The notes beneath the pieces were generated by a model, which was not told where the DNA came from, searched no databases, and saw only the letters and a list, made by a program, of their open reading frames with translations. Below are positions 1 to 18,308 of a stretch of DNA of 64,000 bases, piece after piece (the first letter of the stretch is position 1; each line of letters opens with the position of its first letter). The DNA is from the human T2T-CHM13v2.0 reference genome, Homo sapiens: NCBI RefSeq assembly GCF_009914755.1, contig NC_060929.1; one strand, written 5' to 3'. The translations under genes were made by a program, and so were the position numbers.

Positions 1-556
1 CCCTGCTTTAGGTACAGATGAGAATGTAACAAAAAAGAAATTGGCCACAACTGGTTAAATCCAAGACAGCATAAAATTTGACCAACTGCTAACCCTTGGT
101 TTCGTTATGCCTCTATTCCCATAAAATTATGAGTAAACCTCCCATTCCCATCATGCACCTGATGCTATGACAGTTCCAGATTAACCATATTTAGTCAATA
201 AAAGGGTGGCACCCCAAATCCAGGAACTGCTCATCCATTTCCCAGAAAACTCTTCCCCTTATTATAGAATATTCTATGCTTTCATTATGCTTCTAATGAG
301 TTAGATTAGGGTTCAGATCAGGGGTAGGGGTAGGGTTAACATTAGGGTTAGGGTTTCATGCTTTCATTATACTTATCCATATAGTGTGTGAGCCCTGACA
401 ACACTGGATGTGCCTCATTCTTTTGAGCACACCCACACTCCTGTCTTGAGTTTCTATTTACTTACACTCCACAATAAAGTTTCTACACTTTCACTTTGGT
501 CTCACTTTCAAATTCTTTGGTGCAGCAAAGGTTAGAACCTGTACTGGCCTACCAGC
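1..556 (+). mobile_element. ERV1-class solo LTR, 3' part (subfamily not assigned)
   Basis: LTR-like 3' region with AATAAA near 473 followed by a pyrimidine-rich U5-like tract ending ...CCAGCA, abutting Tigger1 sequence. The left end lies outside the window. Confidence 0.5.
289..357 (+). repeat. Degenerate (TTAGGG)n telomere-like tract between 13-bp direct repeats
   Basis: Contains TTAGGG, GGGGTAGGGGTAGGG and TTAGGGTTAGGG. ATGCTTTCATTAT occurs at 276-288 and 358-370. Confidence 0.7.
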
Positions 557-572
557 AGAGCATCACTATTTA

Positions 573-3971
<3,399 letters not shown>

Positions 3972-4735
3972 GAAAGGTATTTCTTGAATGAGACTTGAAA
4001 GTTGAAATTACTCCTTGATGCATGGACTGCAGAATGAATGTTGTATTAGCAGGCATGAAAACAGCATTAATCTCCTTGAATACCTTTATCAGAGCTCTTG
4101 GGTGACCAGGTGCATTGTGAATGAGCAGTAATATTTTGATAGGAACCTTATTACCTAAACAGTAGCTCATAACGGTGGGCTTACAATACCTAGTAAGTTA
4201 TGCTGTAAGCAGATGTGCTGTCATCCAGGGTTTGTTGTTTCATTTATATAGCACAGGCAAATTAGATTTAACACAACTTTTAAGGGCCCTAGGATTTTCA
4301 GAAAGGAAAATGTGCATTGGCTTCAACTTAAAATCACTAGTTGCCTTAGCCTCTAACAAAAGAGTCAGCCTGTACTTTGAACTTTGAAGCCAGGCATTGA
4401 CTTCCCCTGTCTAGCTATGAAAGTCCAAGATAGCCTCTTCTTCCAACAGAAGGTTGTTTGGTCCACTTTGAAAATCTGTTGTTTAATGTAGCTACATTTA
4501 TCAACGATATTAGCAAGATCTTTTGGATAACTTGCTGCAGTTGTAGACATCAGCACTGCTGCTTCACCTTGCACTTTTATGTGATGGCGATTACTTACTT
4601 CCTTAAATCTCATGAACAAACTCTCCTAGCTGCAGACTTTTTCTCTGCAGCTTCCTCATCTCTCTCAGCCTTCACAGAATTGAGGAGAGTTAGGGCCTTA
4701 CTCTAAAATAGGTTTTTGCTTAAGAGAACGTTGTG

Positions 4736-5046
<311 letters not shown>

Positions 5047-6112
5047 AGAGAATGTTGTGGTTGGTTTGATCTTCCACCCAGACCACTAAAACTTTTGCCA
5101 TATCAGCAATAAGACTGTTTCACTTTATTATCATTCATGTGTTCGTGGAGTAGCACTTTTAATTTCCTTCAAGAACTTTTTCTTTGCACTCACAAGTTGG
5201 CTGACTATTCTGCACAAGAAGCCTACCTTTCAGCCTATCTCGCCTTTTAATGTGGCTTCCTCACTCAGCTTAATCATTTCTAGATTTTGATGTAAAGTGA
5301 GAAACATGAAACTCTTTCTTTTACTTGAACACTCAGAGGCCACTGTAGGGACATTAATTTCAATATTGTTGTGTTTCAAGAATACGGAACCAGAGGAGAA
5401 GGAGAGAGACAGGGAAATGGCCAGAGGACAGTCAAAACACACATAACATTTATGGATTAAATTTGCCACATCTAATATGGGCACAGTTTATGGAGCCCCA
5501 AAACAATTCCAACAGTAATGTCAAAGATCACCAATCACAGATGACCATAACAGAGATGATAATAATGAAGAACTTTGGAATTTTCAAGAATTACCAAAAC
5601 GTGACACAAACACACAAAGTGAACCCATGTTGCAAAAATGGCGCTGATAGACTTGCTCAATGCAGGGTTGCCACAAACCTTCAATTTATAAAAAAAAAAT
5701 CGAATCAAAACAAAAAACAATATCTGCAAAGCTCAATAAAGTGAAATACAATAAAAGGATGTATGACAATATTATAAATAGAAATATTATATAATATATA
5801 TTTCAACTACATATCATTTATGAACATATATATGACATGCCTGTCAACTATGTGCTTATAAATATTAATCATAACATATAATGTGCATATCTAGTTAAAA
5901 AGAAATACATTCTGGGAATTACTGATATACAGCCTATAAGAAATTTTTATAACCTAAAGAAATGAAAGGATGGTATTACTACAGCAAATACCTCTTGACT
6001 TCCCATTATATATTAAGTGTAGGCGATTCCATTTTGAGAAAGGCATTCTAGCCTTGATCCTTGCCTGTGTGGAGCTTGCATCTTAATGGAATGATAATAA
6101 TATACAAAAAGG

Positions 6113-6528
<416 letters not shown>

Positions 6529-7718
6529 AAAGGAAGGACTCCAGTGCAGAATGCTGAACTTCAAGGTGCAGTGAAGCAGACAGAAGAGATACCTAGCCTT
6601 GTCATGGTGGGACAGAGGAGAACAGACTGTAAGATGGGAAAATAAGAAACATTTTCCCCCAAAAGCTTTTCTAAAATATTCTTACCACAGCCAAGAGGCT
6701 ATATAAACATCTTGCTTCCAAAAAAAAAAAAAAAATGGGGCCAGGCTGACTCAGACTATTATTTTACATTTTTTCAATGACAAAAGAGCTATAATTTTAC
6801 AATGAGTATAAATGTGGAAATTTTAGCAATGTATTTTGTTGCAAAATGCACTGGAATACATACATTCTGTGAGTAGAAAATGGAGCTGTAATTTATTGCT
6901 CCAGGAAATTTTCTCATTATGTAGTCTCAGCATTACAAGAACAAACCAAGCAAGGTTGGAAATAAAATCTATTGTCCAAGATTTTGTTTCTCCACAATTA
7001 TTTAGACACATGCTTGAATTTTTTCACAGCAATTACCTAGCCCTGGGTTTTCCATTATCTCAACTTTGCCAGGATTAACAAGGACTTAAAATCGTTATCC
7101 AAAATGTTGCAGAATAGTGTTATTCATACCGGAAAGGACACTGATGTTTCAGATGAGCCAATTATACAAAATCTCATATTTCTGTGTTAGTTTTATAATA
7201 GATTGTCTATAAACACCAATTTGAATCTGCCCTGAATGGAAATATCTAATATGACTTTGGTGGTTATTTGAAAAAGAGAAAATGCCTCTTCAAGAAATCT
7301 AATAAAGTAGTAATGAAAATAATTTAAAATTATGTCTGTTTTTCTTTAGTCAAAAGTAATGTGGATGGATATTGAGTGAGAAGAAGAAAACAGGCAGGAA
7401 AACACTTGGAAAAAATGAATTCAGGTAAAACAATCCTTACATATTTTTAATAAAGTGGGACGAACCCTGTAAATTTCCCACACAGTATGAGAGCCCAGTC
7501 ATGCCCAGGCCACTCTTCCTCACAGAGCCCTGTACTCTCCCTCTTTAGCACTTAGCATTTCTGTCATTATAAACATGTGTAATGCTTTGGTTAATAACAC
7601 TATTCTCCCTAGCTGGAATATAAACTCCATGAATGTAATGAGTGTGAATATGTTTTCTTCCTGTCTGGCACCTTGTAAGTCTTCAATACATATTTAAAGA
7701 AAGTTGCTGGGGGAGGGT

Positions 7719-8016
7719 TTGTTTTTGGTTTTGTTTTTGTTTTTGAGACAGAACCTCACTCTGTCATCCAGGCTGGAGTGCATTGGTGCTATCTCGGCTC
7801 ACTGCAACCTTCGCCTTCTGGATTCTCCTGCCTCAGTCTCCCAAGTAGTGGAGGTTACAGTAGTGCACCACCATGCCTGGATAATTTTTATACCTTTAGT
7901 AGAGACCAGGTTTTGCCATGTTGGCCAGGCTGGTATCAGACTGCTGGCATCAGGTAATCTGCCCACCTCGGCCTCCCAGCATGCTGGGATTACAGGTGTG
8001 AACCACTGCACCCAGT
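7719..8016 (-). mobile_element. Alu (older, with small internal deletion)
   Basis: (GTTTT)n tail followed by GAGACAG…CCTCCCAGCATGCTGGGATTACAGGTGTG. Confidence 0.9.
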
Positions 8017-8583
8017 CTATATGTAAAGAAAATTGTTGAATAAAAGATTAGAACATTATTTCATAGGTAACAGAATTCTAGTAATGTCTCTGGAGTTACT
8101 CTGGCTTATTTTTTTCTATATTGTAAGGAAAAAACATATGATGCACGGTGTGTTTCCCAAAAATACCATACTAGGAACTGTGGAGACATATGCCTTGCAG
8201 CGAAGATCCCACGACCAGCTGAACATTCCTGCTCTGTCTGCCTTCATGCTACACTAAAGATGACAATTAATAAAGGATAATTTTCTAGTCTCACTCTTTT
8301 ACAAAGAATAGGACACTATTCACAGGCTGGTGAACAAAAAGTAAATCTTATAGAAAATCAAACTTTCATATTTGAAAAACATTTGTGCTGTAATTCTTGA
8401 GGAGTCTTCCAGGTGAAAAAAATTCAATTGCCAATTATCGAAATAATGAAGGAAAATGTGTCATGAAGAATAAAGACAAATTATTAAAACTATATGGGAG
8501 TCTAGAATATAGATCCTGATATAAGTAATTTGACAATAAAATAAAGCTTTTTGATGTCCTGAATAAGCAAACAATACCAGGTA

Positions 8584-8792
8584 CAGTAAGTCATCGGTTA
8601 ACGCCATTGACAGGTTCTTGAAATCTACAACTTTAGGCAAAATGACTTATGGTGAAACTGACTTTCTTCTCATCAACGTTATAATGAAATAACATTGAAA
8701 AAATGACATTATTTGAGGATCTGCTGTACGTTTTTTCACTTCAAGTTGTGGTTTCTAAGAACGTGTCAATGATGTTAAGTGAGGACTTTCTG
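8584..8792. mobile_element. Tigger4a/MER46-type MITE
   Basis: Terminal inverted repeats CAGTAAGTC…TTAAC / GTTAAGTGAGGACTTTCTG, flanked by TA on both sides. Confidence 0.75.
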
Positions 8793-9388
8793 TAGTTCAT
8801 ATAAAGTTCCTTTATATTTAGTCATGTACAGTAATTTGCTGATATTTCAGTCCCTGTCTTCATTCACCATGAGTGTCTGGGTCTTCTGGAAAATTGGAAT
8901 GATTTGGAGTTGTGGTGTGTTCTTCTTTGGCACACAAAGACCTAATCAAGTAGCAGGATAAAGTAGAAAGGCTATGTTATTAGTTATTAGCAGATTAAAG
9001 GGAAAAATTCAATTTATATAAATTAGGTGCAGTGGCCTTGGGTAGTTAAGTTAATTTCTCTGGCCTGTGTATATATATATATATATGCATGTCATAATGT
9101 TAACTACCGGCATCCAACCTTATGGAGAGCAGTAGAGAACAGAAAGTATAAAAACATGTGAAAACTGTAAATAACTACATATATTTCTTGTTTTATTATT
9201 TAATACAATAAAATAGCAAATATAATAGGTTGAAAATGTGTCTGAAAACTCAATTACCAAGAGAAATTTTTTTAAAATTAGAATATCAATCATCATCAGG
9301 TGTCCTAGAACTGACCCCAATTTAGAATGTAATATTGGTGAAGAAAAAAAACTTTTATGAAGAGGTTTACTTCTTCTTTTTTTACACT

Positions 9389-9389
<1 letters not shown>

Positions 9390-9434
<45 letters not shown>
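9390..9434. repeat. (CA)n microsatellite
   Basis: About 20 CA units. Confidence 0.95.
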
Positions 9435-9436
<2 letters not shown>

Positions 9437-10221
9437 CCCAGAGGAAGGTTTCCAAAATCTGGTCTTGATTTAACATTGTGAAAAACTAAGACCTTTCCAA
9501 AATCCTAAAATGAAACTTGACCACTGTGTCAAATCTTCACTGTATTTATGACAGCCATTAAGCTACACATATGCCAGCTGCTAGAATTCATTAGGATTAT
9601 ATGAGACTCTCTTTGAATCCTCTGAAATTCATTGATTGATTCTGATTATCTCCCATTCCTATCAGTTAAGGTTAAACTAGAAACAACTCCCTACAGTTGG
9701 GTGAATGCAGCCGGCATTGACATATAAGGGCCATTAACTGTCTTGTATTATGCATTTGTGAAAAAAAGCACCTTAGATGGTATGATTGCTGCACTGAACT
9801 AATAATGAAAATGCTTTTTCCTGCAGCTTACTGTTTATCAATTGATACATGTGCTCTTACCAGAGGAACATATCAATTTTTTTAGCCTTGGCAAACTCCT
9901 CCACACTGCACCTACTGCTTATGGTGATTGAATGCTAAGGGTCATGTGAAATGCTAAAGAGGAAAGCATCTTGCTAGAGAATTACATATTAGTAATTCTC
10001 ATCTAGGGACTATAGACAGAGTTACTGGACAATAGCAGAGCTCATTTCCAGTATGGTATGGTAATGACAACATGATGAGATAATCCAAAAGAGAACATTG
10101 TCAAAACTAGGAAATGGGGACCCTTTCAGAAAGCCATAAGTTTGAGAACATTTTTTTCTTATGGCTAACTGTTCACGAACAGACAGAGAGATGGAAATCT
10201 GTCATTGGGCTCAGTTTGGAC

Positions 10222-10270
10222 TGTGCGTGTGTGTGTGAGTGTGTGTGTGCACGTGTGCGTGCGTGTGTGT
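10222..10270. repeat. Mixed (TG)/(CG) alternating purine-pyrimidine repeat
   Basis: tgtgcgtgtgtgtgtgagtgtgtgtgtgcacgtgtgcgtgcgtgtgtgt. Confidence 0.85.
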
Positions 10271-10825
10271 TTTGCCAAGAGTTATTTTGGAATAATTACT
10301 ACATGCAGATTTTTAGAGGCATGAAAATGTTAATGAGACTTATGTACACAGAACATCTTTCTTTGTCATCTGGAAATAGAAAATATTACTAGCTTTTAGG
10401 GTCTATAAAATTTAATCAAGGTTTAATTGGTGTTTTAAGACCCTATAAAGATTTCATATGAAAATATTTTTAATAACATATTCACTAAACTAGCATTTCC
10501 CAGACAAAGGCATCAAAGGACAGCATTTAGATAACTCATTTCCTTGATTTAATACAGTTATTTTTCCTAAAATAAGATAATTTTATTTTTGATTACTTAG
10601 AAAATGAATATTGATCTTAAGAAGTATGGAATAAAAATTAATATTTCTTTTTAATCCTCACTGGTAGTTTTTGTTAATCAACTCTAAAATTGAAAATGGA
10701 GAGAACTGAGAGTACAAGGAGAAGAAACAAAATTTTTAAAATTAGAAAAACATGAATAAATCAAACATTAACGTAGACATAAGAAAATGGCGGCAAGCCG
10801 TAAAGCTTGAAAAGCAATACCTGGT

Positions 10826-11336
10826 ATGGTGGGCAAAATAATGCCTGCTCCACCTCACACCTTAATACTCACATCCTAATCCCTGGAACTTATGAATATT
10901 ACCCTACATGACAAAAGAGATTTTGCCGACATGATTAATTTAAGGATTTGGGGATAGATATATTATCCTGGGTTGTCAGAGGGGCCTGAGCAGAAGGATT
11001 CTAAAGACAGTCAAAGAAGGAAATTTGACTATGAAAACAAAGAACCAGAATGATATAGCCTGGGAAAGACTGTGGGCCACTCGTGGCTTTTAAGACAGAT
11101 GACTGCATCCACAAGCCAAAGTATTCAGGCAACCCTTGTTTCCCTGAAAAAGGCATGAAAACAAATCCCTCCAAGAGGCCCCAGATGGAATGCAGTGCTG
11201 ACAACACCTTGATTTTTTTCCTGTTCAGACTCATGTCAGACTTCTGGCCTACAGAACTGTAAGATATTAAAGTTGCACTGTTTTAAACCACAGAATTTGT
11301 AGTAATTTTTTACAGCAGCTATAGGCAACTAATGAA
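10826..11336 (+). mobile_element. MaLR solo LTR (MLT1D-like)
   Basis: CACATCCTAATCCCTGGAAC…GACTTCTGGCCTACAGAACTGTAAGAT…TTTTACAGCAGCTATAGGCAACTAAT matches recalled MLT1 LTR motifs. Confidence 0.8.
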
Positions 11337-14300
11337 CCCAGCTAACTCACCGGTATTAGAAAGTAGCCTTGCTAGAGAGTGATGTCAGCAAGATGGCAGA
11401 TTAGAAGCACTCAGTGTTCATCCTGACCCAAAGACACCCCAAATAACAAACAACTATATGTTGATAGAAAAGTGCTAGATTACATCAAAAGAGTAACAGG
11501 AACCCCAGTGAGCACAGAAATTCAGTATAGCCACTAGAGAATGAGAGAAAATCCATGGCCTCCACCACCTCATTCCCGAGTCAGGATCAGCTCAAAACCA
11601 AGAAGAACTCCTTCTTGGGAAAAACAAAGCAAGAAAATCCCAGCAGTCCCCATCAACACCTTGGACACGTACAGTACTCAAAAGTAGAGACCACTGAAGC
11701 CCTCATGGGCAGTAAGCCCAGCTGAGGAAGCTTCTGGAGTCCATACCACTGTGTTCCTCTCAGAGAAGAAGCTGACACTGTGCCCTACCCCCTGAGGCAC
11801 AGTGAAGGTACTGTACTACACCCCTTTGGAAATGCAACTACTGCTGGAGTGTATCCTGCTCTGGAGGCCACTGGCCTAATACCCTTCCATCCTTGAGGTT
11901 TCACTACAGCAGAACCACCTCTGCCTGGTGGCCCAACACCCCCAAGCTAAGCTGTGATGTGGCAATAGACCCTACCCTGTGGGGCCAAGCATCCCTGGAG
12001 CCACCCCACTCCCAGTTGCAGCTGTGCCCTCTCTCCCTAGGGGGCTGAGCTGAAGCTGCTCATTGCCTCCTGGGGAAATGGTGCCTTGATGTTGCTGCTG
12101 TATCTGCCCCTCCCAGCCACTGCTGCATCCTGCACATCAGGGCCCAGGCTAAAGCTGCACAACCCCTCCCAAAGAAACGGTGCCATGGTGGAGCTGTACC
12201 ATCTACTTTTCTCAATCCTTGCTGTGCCCTGTCTCTAGGGGCCTCTGCTGAAGTTTCACATTGCCTCCTGAAAAAATGGTTGTTTGCCAAAGTCACTCCA
12301 TATACTTCTCTCAGCCACCATTCGTGCCTAAGTTGAAGCAATATTCTGGCTCTCAAGAAACTGGGCCTTGGCCATCCAGAGCAGTCATGCATCAGTTGAC
12401 ACCCAGAGAAGACATGATTCCCAGTCATGAGCTGAAGTGGCACATCACCTCATTACCAAAGGATTTGTGCCTCGACTGAGCTGAGGAGTTGCACCTCCCA
12501 GGATCAAGTTGATGTGGTACCCCACATCCCAGAAAACCAGAACACCAACTAGGCTAAAATGCCCTCCGATACAGGCCAAATGGTGCTAGTACTCTGGTTC
12601 ATTGGAGCTGCACTGGCTTCCTAGACTCTGAGATGCTGAACGTCATTCTTCCCGGGGAGTTAAATTATAGCTGTGACACTTCTTGTCTCCTCCTGTCCCC
12701 CTGCCACTGCCCCAACAGGGTTCAAGCAACAGCTGCACTCCACATGGTGGTCATGCTGCCACTGCACCTGGACTTACAGAGTCTGGGATACTGCCGAGTC
12801 CCACTATCGCAGGATCCAGGGTCTACTACATGGGAGCCTGGTTATCCATGGGGATAACCCTTGGATCTGAGTTGCCACTGAGCCCTATTGGTCTGGTTCC
12901 AAAACTGAAGCCATATGCTGCTCCCTGGGCACAAACCTCCAGAGTACCTCTTCTTCTCCAGAGCTGGGCCCTGGTACCCAGGGGCAAAGTCAAAAGCTAT
13001 AATCTATACTCCTGAACCTAAGCTACTAGGGGGTGCCTCAGAGTCACAGACCCCAGCTCTTGTGGGCAATCTACATCCAACTTTGCCTCAGAGGGTGAAC
13101 TTGCACCACAAGACCCAGTGTCACAATAGGTTCACAAGACCCTGAGACTAAGACCCTGGCTCCACAGCCAATCAGAGCACCTACATCCTAGTACCTAATG
13201 CCACTGCAATTACTTGTAGGCCCTGTCAATCCCATCACCAAGAAGGATCAGCTCTACTAAATATTCCCATTTTGGATAAAGTGAGAATAAGAGGACCCCA
13301 AAAGTAATTGCCACTGAGGACCCTAAAAACCTTACTACCAGCACTGTTGCCACAGACTTCTACAGCCTAGGCCACTGAGGTACACAAAGTCATTGCTGAT
13401 GTTGGTCACAACTAAAGAAGCTGCATGGAGGCTATACCATTGTATCTACTTGAAATGAGTCACCATGCCCTTTCCAACCAGCACACCAAGACTGATCTAA
13501 AAGTGAAAGTCTTTATCTGTGAAAGCCTGTCTGTAAAGTTTGGAAGAGATGATTATTCAAACAGATGTGCAGATATCAAGGTGGTGACATGAAAAAGCAA
13601 GGAAATATGGCACCACCAAGAGAACACAAGAACCCTCCAGTAATAGGCCAGTAATAGGCCGCAAAGAAAAGGAAATTATGACTTAACAGAAAAGGAATTC
13701 AAAATAATAATCTTAAGGAATCTCAGTGAGATACAAGAGAATACAGAAGGATAATTCAACAAAATCTGAAGGAATGAGAAATTTAGCAAAGATAGATATC
13801 ATAAAAAAGAACTAAACATAAATCTTGAAGCTAATTCAACAAATAAAGTAAAAAAAAATTACAGTAGAGAGCTTCAACAGCAGAACAGGTCAAGCAGAAG
13901 AAACAATCTCTGAACTTAAATATAGGTCATTTGAAATTACTCAGAGGACAAAAAGAATGAAACAAAGAGTGAAGACAGCCTACAGAACTTATGGGATACC
14001 ATTAAATGCACAAACATTTGCATTATAGGATTTTGAGAAGTTGAAGAGGCCAAGATAAGGACAGAAAGCTTATTATAATAATTGCTGAAAACTCCCCAAG
14101 TGTGGGAAGACATATGGACATCCAGATATGTGAAGCTTGAAAGTCCCATATAGTTTCAACCCAAAGAGGTCTTCACTGAGACATATTGTAATTAAACTGT
14201 CAAAAGGTAAAGTCCAAGAGAGAATTTTAAAAGCAGCACGAGAAAAGTGTCAAGACACATATAAAGGAATTAACATTAGACTATTAGTAATTAACTGAAC

Positions 14301-16295
14301 AGAAATCCTAAAGGCCAAGAGAGAATGGGATGATATATTTAAAGTGCTGAAAGATAAAAACATGCGTGTCAAGAATTCTATAGCTACCAAACTTGTCCTT
14401 CAGAAGTAAAAGATAAAATTTTCCTCAAACAAGTAAAAGATGAGGGAATTCATCACCACTAGACCAGAGCTACAAGAAATGCTTAAGGGAGTTCTTATAG
14501 TAGAAACAAAAAATGCTAATTAAATACAAAAACATATAATGTATAAAATTCACTGGAAAAAGTAAATATGTGGCCAAATTGAGAATACCCCAAGGCTGTT
14601 ATAGTACTATATAAATCATATATACATATATACATACACACACACTATTATGATTAAAAGTCAGAACAGTCAAAAATAGCAATAGCTACAATAACTTGTT
14701 TTAAAATATAAATCGTGACATCAAAAATATAAAATATAGGGGGAAAGGTAAAAGTCTAGAGTTTTTTATGTACCTGAAGTTAAAATGTTATCAGCAGAGA
14801 ATAGTCTATTTTAACTTTAAGATGTTTTATGTAAGCCTCATGGAAACCACAAAACACAAATATATAGCAGATGCACAAATGTTTAAAAAAAGAATTAAAA
14901 CTTACACTAAAGAAAATTACAAAAATAAACAAGAGCGGGGAAAAAAGGATCTACAAAACAACTAGAAAGCAACTGACAAAATGGCAGTAGTAAGTCCTTA
15001 TCTGTCAATAATTACTTTCAATGTAAATGGATTAAATTCTCCAATCAAAAAAGTAGAATGGATAATTTAATTAAAAAGAAAGGCAACCATATCAAAATCT
15101 GTGCTGCCTAGAGGAGACCTACTTTAGCCTATGTACATATAGGCAGAAAGTAAAGGAATGGAAGAAGGTATTCCATGCAAATGATAAGACATCACAGGTA
15201 GCTATACTTATATAACAAACAACAGACTTCATGTTGAAAACAATCACAAGAGACAAAGAAGAACTTTAATAATAAATGGCACAACTTACCAAGAAGATGT
15301 AACAATTATATATGCACCTAACATCAGAGTGCCTAAATATATATGTAGCAAATACTAAGGGGAATAAAGGGAGAAATAGACAACAATAATATTAAAGGCC
15401 TTCAATACTCCACTTTTAGCAGTGGTCAGAACAATCAGACAGAGAAGTAATGAGGAAATACTGCAATTCAACTGCATTGGAGACAAAATGGGCCTAACAG
15501 GTATATAAAAAATTTCTTACTTAGCAGCAGAATACAGATTCTTCTCCCATGCACATGAAACATTCTCCAGGATAGTCCATATGTTAGGCCAAAACAAGAC
15601 TTAACAAATGTAAAACAAATTGAAATCATGTCAAGTATTATTTCTGACCACAATGGTATGAAACTAGACATCGATGACAGGAGAAACTTCAGAAACCACA
15701 CCAATACACAGAAAATCAACAACATACTCTTGAACAATCAATGCATCATAAATAAATTAAAAGTGAAATCAGAATATTTCAAGAGACAAATGAAAATGGA
15801 ACGACAATATACCAAAACTTACAGGAAACATCAAAAGCAGGATTCAGAGGAAAGTTTATAGTGACAAATGCCTACATTAAAAAAAAATTAGAAATATCTC
15901 AAATAAACAACCTAACATTGTAACTTAAGGAATTAGAAAAACAGAAACAAATTAAACCCAAGGTTAGTAGAAGAAACTGAATAATAAAGATCAGGGCAGT
16001 AATAAATAGAGACTTAAAAAACACAAAAGATAGAGAAAGCTGTATTTTTCTGTAATGACAAATCTGACAAACTTTTAGCCAGATAAACTAAGAAAATAAG
16101 GCAGAAAACTCAAATAAATAAAATCAAAAGTAAAAAAGGAGACCACAAAAGTGATACCACAGAAATGCAAATGGTCATACGAGACTACTATGAACAACTA
16201 TATACCAACAAACTGGAAAACCTAGAACAATTATATACCAACAAATTGGAAAACCTATCAAGAATGAATCATGAAGGAATAAAGAAATCTAAACA

Positions 16296-16594
16296 CAGGG
16301 ACTCACACCTATAATTACAGCACATTGGGAGGCCAAAGTGGGAGAATCGCTTGAGCCCAAGAGTTTGACACCAGCCCAGGCAGCATGGCAAGACTCCATT
16401 TCTACAAAAAATAATAAAGAAATTTAGCTGGGTGTGATGGTTTGTAACTGTAGTCCAAGCTACTTAGGAGGCAGAGGTAGGAGGACTGATTCAGCCTGGG
16501 AAGTTGCGGCTCCAGTAAGCAGAGATCATGCCACCACACTCCAGCCTAGGTGACAGAGTGAGATTCTATCTCAAAAAAAAAAAAAAAAAAAAAA
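16296..16594 (+). mobile_element. AluJ-like element nested in the L1MA
   Basis: GGGAGAATCGCTTGAGCCCAAGAGTTTG (J-type left arm) and a long poly(A) tail. Confidence 0.9.
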
Positions 16595-17941
16595 ATTCGT
16601 AATAGACCTATAATGAATAACAAGATTAAAATAATAATACAATCCTCATATAAAAGAAAAGCCTAGGACCTGAAGTTTTTCACTGGTGAAATCTACTGAG
16701 CATTTTTAAAAAATCAAATTATTCTCAAACTTTTTTCAGAAAATTACAGAGGAGGAAATTCTTCCAAAGTCATTCTATGAGACCAGAATTAACCTGATAC
16801 CAAAACAAGATGAAGACACAACCACAACAAAAAAATTACCGGCCAATATTCCTGATAAGTACATATGCAAAAATCCTCAACAGAATACTAGCAAAACAAA
16901 TACAGCAGCATATTAAAGGATTATTCACCGTGAGCAAGTGGGTTTCATCCTAGTGATATAAACATGAATTAATATATGCAAATCAATAAAGGTGATTCTT
17001 TACATTGACAGAATAAATGACAAAAACCATATGATCATTTCAATAGATGCAGAAAAAGCATTTGACAAAATTCAACATCCCTTCCCAATGAAAACTCTCA
17101 ACAAATTAGACATCAAATGTATATAGCTCAACACAGTCAAAAACATATATGACAAACCCACAGCTAACATCACACTAAACAGGGAAAGAAAGTTTTTCCA
17201 TTAAGATATGAAACAAGACAGAGATGCCCACCTTCTCCATTTCTATTGAACACAGGACTGGAAGTCCTAGCCAGAGGATTTAGATAAAATAAAAAAATAA
17301 AAAGCATCCAAATAGGAAAGCAGAACATTCACTGTCCCTGTTTGCAGATGACATGATCTTATGTATAGAAAATCCCAAAAACTCTATGAAAAAAAAAAAA
17401 ACTGTTAGAACTGATTTACAAGTTCAGTAAAGTTGCAGGATACAAATTCAACATAAAAAAGCAATAGTGTTGCTATATGGTAACAGTTAACTACCTAAAA
17501 AATATTTTTAATCTCATTTACAGTAACTACAAATACTAAGTAACACAGGAATAAATTTAGCCATGAAGGAAAAGAGCTACACACTGAAGACTTTAAAACT
17601 CTGATGAAAGACATTCAAGAGGTTACAAATAAGTGGAAAAATACCCCATGTTCATGGATTGGAAGAATCAATATTGTTAAAATATCTACACTACCCAAGG
17701 TGATCCATAGATTCAATGTAGTCACTATGGAAATAGCAAAAATATCCTTCAAAGACATAGAAAAAAATCCTAAAAATCACATGGAACCACAAAAAATTCT
17801 AAAAAGCTAAAGCAATCTTGAGCAAAATGAACAAGCTGTAGTCATCATACTTCCTGACTTTAAAATATACTACAAAGCTATAGACATGGTACTGGCAAAA
17901 AACAAAACAAAACAAAAACAGACAGATGGACCCATGGAGAA

Positions 17942-18308
17942 TGTATTAGTCCATTTTCACACTGCTATAATGATACTACCTAAGACTGGGTAATTTATAA
18001 ACAAAAGAGGTTTAATTAACTCACAGTTCTGCATGGCTGGAAGGACTCAGGAAACTAACAATCATGGCAGAAGGCAAAGGGGAAGTGAGGCATGTCTTAC
18101 ATGGTGGCAGGAGAGAGAGAGCAGGAAAAGAGGAAGTGCCACACTTTTAAACCATTAGATAGAGTGAGAACTCACTCACTGTCATGAGAATAGCATGGAG
18201 GAAACCACTTCCATGATCTAATCACCCCCCATCAGGTCCATCCCTCAACATGTGGGGATTACAATTTGTAATGAGATTTGGGTGGGGACAGAGAGCCAAA
18301 GTATATCA
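17942..18308 (-). mobile_element. THE1 (THE1D-like) MaLR solo LTR nested in the L1MA
   Basis: TGTATTAGTCC…TATATCA termini, 367 bp, exact 5-bp TSD GAGAA at 17937-17941 and 18309-18313. Confidence 0.9.

Noticed and set aside
12060-13145. Cluster of overlapping ORFs in GC-richer DNA suggesting a gene or CpG island
   Set aside because: Lies in the 5'UTR of the old L1, is CpG-depleted and shows no recognisable protein similarity.
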